Assembly: GCA_030265395.1 (NCBI GenBank)
Contig: JARFYF010000074.1
Coordinates: forward strand, 72,865,793 to 72,929,792
DNA: 64,000 nucleotides
DNA from: Rhina ancylostomus
Lineage: Eukaryota
Direction of reading: 5' to 3'
Made by a program: the position numbers and the translations under genes. Positions 27,787-38,702 of the stretch are shown in pieces; the stretch's first letter is position 1, and each line of letters opens with the position of its first letter. The notes beneath the pieces are model-generated. The model ran no database searches. It saw nothing but the letters and a program-made list of their open reading frames with translations, and was not told the origin of the DNA.

Positions 27787-27911
27787 ATCTTTGGCTCCGA
27801 TTCCTGCATGTGTACTTTTATTTCTTGACTATTCAGTAATATATGCTCATTTTGCAGAGATTCGCAGAAACAGAGTGAACTTTTACTTTTTAGTTCATTA
27901 GGATCCATCAT
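27787..27911 (-). CDS. CXorf58: CXorf58 homologue, exon 2 (exon 27928-27787; ATG at 27911; MMDPNELKSKSS...QESEPK)
   Basis: Branch-like ctaac plus ttctttttgtttttttag acceptor, and donor AT|GTAAGT. The 41 open codons + 2 nt are in phase with the next exon. The peptide itself is poorly conserved. Confidence 0.7.
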
Positions 27912-30168
27912 TAATATTTCAAAACATTCTAAAAAAACAAAAAGAAGTTAGTGATTATCTCATCTGAATAATAGTTTTTGGTTATTATCTGAGAAAGTAC
28001 TAGAGCAACAACAATACATCAAAACAACCAGGCATTAGTCTTTGCACACCATAATGTTTCACAAGAGGAGCCTCATATATTTCAAAGGTGATGTTTTATC
28101 ACTGCATTGCTGTGCTGCGCTCAGGGTAATGTTGCTTGTTATATACTATCCTCAGTAATTTTCATATTTAACTGAATAATTTTGATAGAGATAATAGTTT
28201 GTAATCTAATAAAGCATCAAAATTATATTATAATTAAAAAGCAAAGGAAGTTATTGGTTTAACAAGCACTTAAAGAAACTCTGTGATTATAGGAATATAC
28301 TGGCTCACCTCCTTATCCTTCTGGTGGCAGGGTGATCAACAATCATAAAACACTGATTTTTAAGTTGTTGAGCTATGTTAGTGCACTGGTGGTTATTTCA
28401 TGAACTCTGAATTGGAAAATGGTGAAGAATATGTTTCATAGTTTGGATTTTGTGCCAGCATGGCATTAGTTAGTTGCATCTATCCTGATTAGAAATGACT
28501 TTTCTCAGGATGGACTATTCTTTCCACTTGAGATTGAAGCTTGGTTGTTCTGGATGAAGTTTCCGACATGTCAAGTGGGTTTGCCCCTCTGTACTGTTCC
28601 TCATGGCTTGGTGAATATTAAANNNNNNNNNNATTAAAAACCTCATTGCAAAACCGAGTTGGGAGCAGGCATGATTTCAGTCTATTTTATGAGGTCTGTG
28701 CAAAACAGTAGTACCCAGTAGGTTAGGTTCAGCAGTGGAGTAGCTGTGATTTTCTCCAAGATAAGTCTAGCATGAGCACCTCTTCTGAGTATGTCTCATT
28801 GTGGTGCCTATGGAGGGATCAATCCGTCTTTGGGGGCTGAAGTTCTTCCCACAAAACTCCAGCTAACACTCAGATGCGATCATTTGTAGCTAACTAATCT
28901 TCAGCCCTTTCTACATTATGGGTGTCTATGCGGTATGCAAGACAAGTTTTCACTGTACCTCGGTACAAGTGACAATAATAAACCAATACCACTATTAAGG
29001 AATTACTGGAAGATGTCAAATTCAAGAAAAGAACTTAATTAAAATGGTATTTTATGAAAGCTGCAAATACTAGAGATTAAAGACATGGAGACACCTTAAT
29101 TTTTGCCCTTGGTTAGAGCTATTTTGGTGTTGAGGCAGGGATAGTCACCTGATTGTACAAATGTACAACCTTTTAAAGAAAGTGTTAGCGTAGGTTTGGA
29201 AGGTGACAATATGTTCAAAGATCTAGAAAAGAAAAAGGGAGCCTGAGGATGTAGTACTTTGCAAGGACAGAGGAGTCAGGTATTTAGTTTCGATAATGTA
29301 TGGTTTCAAAAGATAACAGGATGCAGTGAACTGTGTACAATACTAACAAAGTCCCTGCAAGGGAAATTGGAAATTTGAGATAAATTTAGAGAATATTTAC
29401 AGTCAATTGAAGGCAGCATATATTTATTAAATGTATTATCAAAATATCATTGATATTTTTTTGAAAGGGTTCATTTTTACTCTCTGTGAACTCTCTTATA
29501 TGGAAATTATAACAGAACACATCTTTGAAATGTTGTCAAGGCAAAATTAACAGCTTGACATATGTTGAGATTTGTAAATGACATTATGAATACATATACA
29601 AGTTAGCAGAACAAAAGAGACCAATGCAATTTAATCCTCATGATCCTTAGTAGTGTTTTTGAAGGAAAAATAAGGAAGGATCATATAGTGGATTAACAAA
29701 GGAAAGTATGGAAACTCAGACCAAAGGTTTAAATACTGAATTCACTGAAAGTGTGATTGCAAATAGATTAACAATAGTGTACAAGTAAATGATGGTAAAT
29801 TTTAGGAAATATTGGTTACTTGACATAGGATCTAATAGGAAATAATCTGTTAGGGGATTTCACAAAAGTGAGCTGTCGTTTTGAAAAGCTTGAACCACCT
29901 TACAACACATTACTAGTTGAGTGGCACACACAGCCAAATACATTCATTCAATTTTTCTTAAGAACTTTGAGTAAAGAGTACTGAGAGGCTGCCTTTTATG
30001 ATGGGAGAAGCAGAAGCACATGTTGTAATTTATGTTTAGTTGCTAAGAGTTTATTACTCCAATTCTACACCCTTATTTTCAGGATTTATTGCCCTTCGAT
30101 TCCTCCACTAGAATTTCTCATTTCAATCATTAAAGAAATCTTTATAATATGGAGTAGTTCTCTATTCT

Positions 30169-30293
30169 AGACTCAGTTTGGCAGCTTTATCCTTGAAGAC
30201 TAAGTCAATTTGATCAGCAATGGTACTATTAATGCAGTTATGGTCTGACACTTGCATTAGGGGTGTAGCCCTTAATCAAAGCACCCCACCCCT
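30169..30293 (-). repeat. Right arm of 125-bp inverted duplication (partner 25467-25591)
   Basis: Reverse complement reads aggggtggggtgctttgattaagggctacacccctaatgcaagtgtc...ggataaagctgccaaactgagtct. Confidence 0.9.
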
Positions 30294-31244
30294 TCAGCTT
30301 ATAGAGTCCATGATGGCTCTTTGAAGAAAATAAGAAATAACAGTAGGCCAAATGGGCTCTCTTGCCTATTCCAGATCCATTTTCCTGCCTGTTCCCCATG
30401 ATCCATGCCTCTACTATAGACCAAAAATCTAATTCACTAACTTAACCTACTGGTATCCCCTTGCAGGCTCACTGCATCCTCAGAGATGTGAGCTTGTAAG
30501 CAGCTCTTTCTGGCAGACACCTGAACAACTGACACTGCAAACCCTGTCTTTCAAAAAATACTCTCAATACTCTTTATTCCTAGAGTGTATTCTTCATTGA
30601 TACACCCAACCCACACTACAACTTCATATTTGGGACCGTCACTTTTTCATACACTACCATGTAATTTCAACATAGTACTGGGTTCCATATCACTCAATCT
30701 TTTATGAATCTCTTTGGCACTCAATCAGCTTAGTTTTTAGCACAGCCATCGCATTATTTTTCATAATGTCCGTACATCACTACCACTATCTCCATCACCA
30801 TACCTACTCTCATAGAACAAGCTGTCCATCTTCATTGTATTCTCATCCTGAGTAGTACTTTTTCTCCCCCCTCGCCTTCACAGTTAAGTAAAATAGTAGC
30901 CCTTAATCACCCAATCACCAGGACCACTCCATTAGAGCTGCAGCTGGTGATTCTGGTCTGAGAGTTCTAGACTTTTTGTTATCTCTCAAGCCCATCTGGT
31001 CAGTTATCTATTTAGGTGGAAGCTGAAGCACCAGTGGCTCCTGGATCTCCTAGAGACCCAATGCTGCAATTCATCCAAACAAATAATCCCTCAATCCAAT
31101 CAGAGCCTACGATCACTGGCATGCACTTGTGGTCTATAACCATGATAGATAAGTGAACCTATCCATCTCTACTAGAAATCAACAGTTCCTCAAACATAGG
31201 TGCCTAAGACCCTTTCGCTCTGCTTCAACAGAAGGCTTTTGAAG

Positions 31245-31592
31245 TATAGAACCATAGAACAATACAGCACAATACAGGCCCTTCAGCCCACCATGTTGTG
31301 CCGACCTTCAAACCACACCTAANNNNNNNNNNNNNNNNNNNNNNNNNNNNNNNNNNNNNNNNNNNNNNNNNNNNNNNNNNNNNNNNNNNNNNNNNNNNNN
31401 NNNNNNNNNNNNNNNNNNNNNNGCATCCTGGTATATCTCCTCCGCACCCTTTCCAACGCCTCCATATCCTTCTTATAATGAAGTGACCAGAACTGGACAC
31501 AGTACACTTAAGTGTGGTCTAACCAGAGTTTTGTAAAGCTGCATCATTACTTTGCAGCTCTTAAACTTGAACTTTGCGGATCTTAAACTCGA
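31245..31592 (-). mobile_element. Young 5'-truncated CR1 LINE spanning a gap
   Basis: Encodes YCVQFWSLHYKKDMEALERVRRRYTRM; tail tagaaccatagaacaatacagcacaatacaggccc. Confidence 0.9.
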
Positions 31593-32088
31593 GTATGACC
31601 CATAAACATCTATCAATCACCAGTATGCAGCAATAGCAATGTACATTCTTATCATGGCACTCCCAATTTGATAAAGTGGCTGTTGTCATCACTCTCCTCT
31701 TCAGGTGTGCACTAACTGCATTCAACATACCCATTTCCACCTCTGCATCAACTGCTGCCAAAATGGGGATACTGACCTAGCAGAGCTATTCCACATCTTT
31801 CCTAATATACATTCGAGATAAATAGAGACTGCCATCTTAGCCAGCAGAAGGCATGCAGTACTGTACTGTAAAAATTATAGCATCAGGACATTACAGTTAG
31901 CTCCATGACACCATCAGTAAGGCCTCACAACTTTTAACACCCACATGATTTTCAGGTTTCTGCCTTTAGCCCTCATGTTACCTATCGGTTTTCTGTGAAC
32001 CTATTTGTAAAGTCCACGTGACTCAGCAGTGAAGCAGACCATGCTACCATTATCACATCTATGGGCTAGTTTCCTTAGTACATCTCAG

Positions 32089-32176
32089 AATCATGATTTC
32101 AGTGATACTGTTTTACATTATTCAGAGCCATCAATCATGATTTCAGTGATACTGTTTTACATTATTCAGAGCCATC
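32089..32176 (+). repeat. Perfect 44-bp tandem duplication
   Basis: aatcatgatttcagtgatactgttttacattattcagagccatc occurs twice (32089-32132, 32133-32176). Confidence 0.95.
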
Positions 32177-33490
32177 TCATACTGGTGAGTATTCTGCATT
32201 CTCCTTCAAGTGTTAGGTTCAGTGTGTCATATAGTTTTGTGTGAATTCTCTCATTTGCCAGCTCACACACCAAACAATCCCACAAAGCCTGGTTTATAAA
32301 GGACTGAAAGTTGTACTTTTAAGCCAGTATCCTTAGCCTGGCTACATACTTGCCATCCATTTCTTCTGAACCTTGCTTGCGCACATTTAGGTTGTGACCC
32401 CTGATATTTTCCGATGGTGCCAAATTAGAGATTTTACAGTGGCTCAGACATTGGTCCTGGTTTATAGCATTAGTTAATTCATAACATCTTGTATACTTTG
32501 TGCCTGAACACAAGCATTAATATCACCTTCCTTTTTTTCCAAATTGTTCTTTTTTGTGATCTATCCCAGATTTTAACAATGCAGTTCATTCTTAGGAATG
32601 TCTCCACTCATTCCACGTATAGAACAAATGACTGAAGCCCCTTGCATTTCTCAGGCTTACCAGCACACCCATTGCCTGCCTTCACTGCTGCTCTATTATT
32701 TGTTACTTTGCATTTAACATTCTACTCCTCAAGCAAGATCTCAAACTTGTCAAGTAACGTTCATATTCTCTTTGTGTTGCTGTTCACTAAGGCATAGCAA
32801 AGATTGAGTTATCAACAAAACATTCTTTAGAGAAAAGAAACTACATTCAGTTAGGAGAATGGCTATTATTCATCCATAAATGAATGAGTACAAATATTTT
32901 AAGTATTCGTCTANNNNNNNNNNNNNNNNNNNNNNNNNNNNNNNNNNNNNNNNNNNNNNNNNNNNNNNNNNNNNNNNNNNNNNNNNNNNNNNNNNNNNNN
33001 NNNNNNNNNNNNNTCGTCTAATTCCCCTTCGAAAGCCACAATTCATACAGTGTATTTGAGATCATAATTAGGCGCTGCATCTTTTAACAACCTTTCAGAT
33101 TTGCGTCCTTTAGTCCGAGAAGCTTTAGGTTTCAAAAGTTAAAACAAAATCATCCACGGCAAATGTAAAGGGGTTTTGATCTGAAAGAGTTGGATTACTT
33201 CCGCAATTTTCTCTGTCGTTCCTCAAGTTCTTAAGGGGGTAAAGTCAGTCAAGCTCCACTCATGCCTCTGCCACTACAGGATGTTTCCACGAGTCCATTT
33301 TATGAGACCAATGCATTTGGTTGTTATTGTCTTTACCCCCTCCACATTTGACTAAAATCAGGACAACAAATCCAGAACATTATCAGGCGTAAATGGCTTA
33401 ATTTTTAAAAAAGTTTGCAGTCGACTGCTACTCGGCCGCGGAAACGCCGAAGCCGAAAACGGGTGATAAAGCCAGCAGGCACCAAGGTAC

Positions 33491-33570
33491 CTCATCTTCG
33501 TCGCAAACTTGCCGTATGGGTGCAGAGAGGCCAAGAGGATCAATCCAGCGCCATGATAGCTTCGCCGTTG
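33491..33570 (-). other. CXorf58: Probable first exon of CXorf58 homologue (5' end approximate; carries upstream ATGs at 33554 and 33495)
   Basis: Lies in the only CpG island, just downstream (minus sense) of the X-box and GC boxes. Donor GAG|GTACCT at 33491/33490 is only moderately strong. Confidence 0.55.
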
Positions 33571-33579
33571 CCAGGCTAC
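33567..33579. promoter_or_regulatory. RFX X-box motif
   Basis: GTTGCCAGGCTAC (GTAGCCTGGCAAC on minus) has one mismatch to GTYNCY-N-RGYAAC and sits next to the inferred TSS. Confidence 0.6.
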
Positions 33580-36425
33580 GGGCGGTGCCCGGGGAAGGGG
33601 CGGGGCACTGTGCGGGGCGGAGGGGGGAGCCGGGAGGCGCAGTGTTGGCGTTGGGTCTCGAGTACCAGGGGCAGCATGTCGGGAGAATGGTTCAAAACGG
33701 CTCCAGTCCAGCACTGAAGTTTCGGCCTTGCCAGTGCAGGGACACAGAAAAATTATACAACAACGCTAATTAATTTGCATTGACGAAAAAATACAATCTA
33801 AACTTTTATTTAGTAAAGTCATTTCCCCTACTCTCAACAGCTCTGACTCGATCAAGTGTAACTAAGTTTATAATGGTCCTAAATACCGCATTTTTCTCAT
33901 AATAGTGACATTTATTATATTTTACTTAAACCACTCGCCAATTAAGCAGTACTTGAACATGGTCTGACTCTACCCTCTGCACCAGATAACAAATCTGGCC
34001 GATAGTAAATTGAAGCTTAGGCTTTGGGAAAAGGTTTTAGGATCTCAAATGATTTTTTAAAAATCAAAATAGTGAAATATGTAAGCAAATTAATTTGATC
34101 AAAAATGAAGTGACTTTCTTTTTTTTGCATTCAATTTCCTGTTAATTTCTGGACAAAATACTGCTCTGCTAAGTCAGAATGACGTATTTGAAAGTAAAGA
34201 ATGGGTCCGTGGCTCCCTAAACGTCAATTCATTTTAGTTGTAAACATACATCCTTACCAGTTGTTTCATGTCCTATGTCCGTGCAGCAAAATTTTATTTT
34301 GTAAACAGTATTTGCTTTCAAAGAATTTACTACACCCTACAAAAAGTTTGACAGATTCTTAGTTATAAAGGGAATTAAGAGATATGGGATTTGTGCAGGC
34401 CAGTGCACTTAAGAGATTGGACATGACATCATTAAATGGCAGATGAGGCAAAAGAGGGCAAATGGCCAACTCCTGTTTCTTTTTCTTAAACTCTTTTGTA
34501 CCAGCAACTATATTTAAAGCTCCTTATTATAGAATTGGTTGTCAATACAGATAATACATAGTGGAGAGTTCTTGGATAAGTGCATGTTCTGCCATTGCAC
34601 ATCTAATATATGTTTAGCTCAGGATCTTTTGGAGTAATGACAGCTAAAATGTAAACTAAACTTTCTGTGCTTGTGTATGTGAATGCTGAAATTTATGATT
34701 CACAGCAAGACAACAACTATTTCAATGCTGCATTCATTATGTTTTCCAAGGAAGAAAGAATTTCTGTTAATTGACAACACATATTGCAAACTCACCAGAA
34801 AGATTGAGATCCATTGAATTCAATGGAAGAGAACAACTGGTAGTACTGCAAATGAAAGACTCTGGTATAAGGTTGGTAAAGTAGATGGATTAACAGTTTA
34901 AAAATACTTTGCTTAGTCTTTTTTCCAAATTATTTTAAAACATTGAAGTATTGAAGAAATTAATTAAAACTTAAGGCTTTTTCCAGTTTGTTTTTTTACT
35001 GACCTATATGATGTTATTTATACTGTCGGTCTATTACTACATGCAAGACTTCATAACAGAGGACTCTCTCAATGTTTCGTATTTACCCACAAGATCATAT
35101 AAAATGGGAGGATTGTAATTTTTAAATCTAGCAGCAGTGAGCAAAAATTTCAGCTTATTGGCTGGATTCTTCAGCAAATACACACCATTGATGCTCAAAT
35201 AGAATTATGATTATAATTTTGTTTATATGGAACAAAAAGCATTAAAATATAGGTGGTTGGGATTGTATTATATCAGCATGGCTCTATAGGTATTGTCTTG
35301 TGATTTGCATCAGAAATTGTAGATTCAAGATCCATTCTCTTCCAGCAGTTCAGATAATGTTAAAGACCAAATGACTTTGAAAGATTTAGAAAGGGAGATT
35401 TTAATTCTCCAAATGTTTTAGTCAGTATTTCTCCATCAATTAGTACCAACAAATAAAATTAAATGGATTTTTATTCACAACATCAAATTTTCCTTGTACA
35501 AATTGGCTACCTCATGATATTGAAAGTACATGCAAAATGTTTTATAATGGCTGAAAATTGCTATATAAATACAACTTTTGCTATTAATATCCCATAGTGA
35601 TCCTGAGGAATTATGGCCCTAAAAAGGTTACCTGGGCATTCAATGACCGATAGCATCTAACAATGCTGTAAGAGAGAATATTAACGTTTTTAAAGAAACA
35701 GAGTAAGTGTGGAGTTTTACTTCTCACCTCATAAATTAGAAGATGTAGAAGGTCTTTCTTGCACCCAAGCAGTTTTCTGAGGTTGCACACATTCCCATTT
35801 ATATTTTCAGTGTTTATTCTAGAAGGGGAGAAACTGGAGCAGTTTTCCAATGATGATCAAGAATAGAAATTGATAGACATCGTTATTTTAAAAATAACAC
35901 TATTCATAGGTGTTTACTGAATGAGGTTGGAAAGACACCTTAAAATGCAAAACAAAATGCACTGCTGTGAGTATAACTCATTAACACTGCACATTATTAT
36001 TTACAATTTTACTAATTAACAAGTTTCATTACGTAGAATATTTTATATTTTTCAAGGAAATTTACAGTAATGTTTTTACTTTCAACATGTGATGGTTGCA
36101 AGTTTGATCACTGCTGTGTAGAAATCTGGGATTGCCCCACACTATGGAAGAAATGAGCTGTGAAGGAGTTGTCCTGTATCAACTCATGTATTTTCCAGTA
36201 GTGGATCCACAGCAGCACCATTGAAGGAGTGAATGCAAGTCACCAACAGAGATAAATTAGAGGAACAAAATGAAACAGTAAGGACAAATGTACAATATAC
36301 TGTCATTGATTTAATTGGTACATTTAATTGTGGAAAATTATTTATGCCTTTTTTTAAAAGACTGACACAAATACTCCAAGATTACAGGTTTTAGAGGCAG
36401 ACCAGAAAAAATTTGTTCCTGTTGC

Positions 36426-36431
36426 TTTATT
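36426..36431 (-). terminator. Candidate LTN1 polyadenylation signal AATAAA
   Basis: First AATAAA on the minus strand after the LTN1 stop (~117 nt downstream); the motif is common in AT-rich DNA. Confidence 0.45.
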
Positions 36432-36547
36432 CAAAAACTTATTTTCTAGCTGTCATAAAGCCGTTGGGTGATGTCTTCTGCTTCATGACTGCAATTATCT
36501 TGAAGTTCACCAGGCCATTACAATAATAGAAAAGCAGCCATAATGCC

Positions 36548-36610
36548 TCAAAAGAATGTCTCGCGACACAGTGGACACGAGGACTTGTTGCTGGAAGTAA
36601 ACCATCGGTA
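36548..36610 (-). CDS. LTN1: E3 ubiquitin ligase listerin, last coding exon (YRWFTSSNKSSCPLCRETFF*)
   Basis: Canonical LTN1 C-terminus; tttacag acceptor; TGA at 36550-36548. Confidence 0.97.
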   Translation of the reverse strand, partial: YRWFTSSNKSSCPLCRETFF

Positions 36611-38534
36611 CTGTAAACATGAAACACATAAAAGTTACAAAATATAGATTCCTGCTTTATACCATTAGAGGAAGATATAAAAACTTATATATAACTGCTA
36701 GTAATTCACTCAGTCCTCTTTCAGATTTAAAATCAACATTTTTGCTTGATGAGTGATGATGAGAAAAACAGCCTCATAGTCTTTCTCACTTCAACTTAAA
36801 TTATTAAAAATAAACATGGACAAAAGAATGATAAAAGTTTCATAACATAATTATTCACACAATAAATCCAGAAAATAGTCTCAACATAGTGGAAGTTGAA
36901 AAATGACTCTAAATTGATATTTGCTCTTTGCATATGCACAATCCTTTCTATGGCATGTAATGTTTAAACATTTTAAAGTTTTCCAGGTACTGCAGTTTTA
37001 TTTACTAGATACTTTGAAGAAAGATGTACGCGAGTAGTTGATAGTTTACCCTTGCTTTAGTCTGTTTATAGTCAGATAGATTTTGGTGGATGAAAATTCA
37101 GCCTTAAGAATAGAAATACATGCAATTCAAGGATTAATTTGCTACAGTATTCCATCCTGAAAATATCTTTTTTTCCCAGTATTTATCAAAACAGTATGGA
37201 CCAACAGTAATATTGATTAGTATTTATTGTTTTAAACAGGGAGAGTACTTTTTAGGCAAAACAATTTGATCACAATGGAATGGACTTGCTGAATTTTGAG
37301 AATATATCAGAAAATGAGAGCAAGGTCCACACCTGCTCCCATTTTTTAAAAATGTTCTTATGAGAAAGAAGCATTTGAAACAAAACTGAAGTCAAATCTA
37401 TTGAAAAAACATAAGTTGGTTAGAAAGACAAAATCCAAAGTAAATTTTAAGGGTCATTGGAAAATGTAATGAAAAACTGTAGAATTTTAAAGCTAAAAGT
37501 ACACATTATCATTAGAGTGGAATAAAAAAAAATTAATTTCAATTAATTAGACTGGAATACAGTTGAATTATGGTAGCAGAGATATGCATTGAAATCATAA
37601 TTTGAAATCTTTGTTAGTATTTATTAAATACAATCTTCCTATAGAATAAAAGGAAGAGTTCCTGTTGATTCTACCTGGTTTATGAATAACTTCCAGAATC
37701 TGTTTACAAATATATATTTTTACTAAATAAAATCTACTTGAAACTGACACTTTTAATTTGCCTTCCAATGCCATGGTCAGATGCTGGAGTCAGATGATGA
37801 GAAGTTTTCATCTTGCTTATGTATAACAAAATATTGTTCTGGTTCTATCAGTGATGTGACCAATTCCAGGCTTTCAACCTGCAAATTACAGAGCCAGGTG
37901 AACTTGAAAGGAGTGTGGGAAATAGTGCCCCAACAGGTTTAAAGGGAGCATTGGAAATAGGGCACCAATGAGTTTAGAGGGAGCATGAGAAACACCAAGT
38001 GAGCCAGATGCCAAATTGGAGAGTGGATTATCAGAAGCAAAGGGGAAGAAGAAATAGTAAGACTTCAGTCTTCATTAAGCTGAATTAGACAGTAAAAAAA
38101 GTAAACAACATATATAAGCATATGATGGAGGTAACTGTGTGTATAATGTAAATGGTGATGTATTAGGAACTCAACCCTGAACAACAAGCAGCAATAATTG
38201 CACTAAAAAGAAGAATCTTGTTTTACAGTCATTTATTGCAATAATGCAAAGTGAAACACTGAAAATAGTTTCCCCATTAATGTGATTAAGTATGTCATCT
38301 TAGATGCATAATGACTGTTAATATTAAATATTAAAAAGATGAAAACTACCAGGTACTTAGTAATCTTGTTGGTAGAAAAGTAAATCCTTGTGACATTAAT
38401 ATGGAATCAGCAATTCTTAAAATAGAGTTTATGGGATTACATGCCCTGATGTTAAAATGGATTTATTTATGCAATATAATTACTAGATTTGTTTGACAAT
38501 TCTATAAATGTTATTACTAGTTTAAATTGCTTAC

Positions 38535-38702
38535 CAAGCAGGCTGAGTGGAATTTTTTATTGCAGGTTCTGCAGGCTTTCCTTGGAAGTGAATAGTTAGA
38601 ACCATGAATTACTGAAAAGCAGATCATACATTCTTCAACTCCTTCAAAGCGTTTATCAACATTGGTTTTCCACAATGCAAGGCCTTCCATGATACTGCCA
38701 TT
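38535..38702 (-). CDS. LTN1: Listerin exon, RING N-half ([56 protein letters not shown])
   Basis: Near-identical to vertebrate LTN1; 168 nt, phase 0 to 0; GTAAGC donor. Confidence 0.97.

Larger units (their letters stand above)
33400..33730. promoter_or_regulatory. CpG-island promoter of CXorf58 homologue
   Basis: Only strongly GC/CpG-rich stretch in the window; GC boxes GGGGCGGGGC at 33597-33606 and GGGGCGGAGG at ~33614. Confidence 0.8.

Noticed and set aside
32089-32176. Direct repeats as a CRISPR-like array
   Set aside because: Only two abutting units, no spacers, and a eukaryotic intron context.
33491-33554. ATG GCG CTG GAT TGA ... AGA TGA G| is in frame with CXorf58 exon 2, suggesting selenocysteine or stop read-through
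   Set aside because: It needs two TGA read-throughs, the peptide is unconserved, and no SECIS can be identified; a short uORF is simpler.
33358-33773. Three overlapping ORFs of 85-118 aa
   Set aside because: These are a by-product of the stop-poor, GC-rich CpG island and have no recognisable homology. No APOO-like first exon is present on the plus strand.
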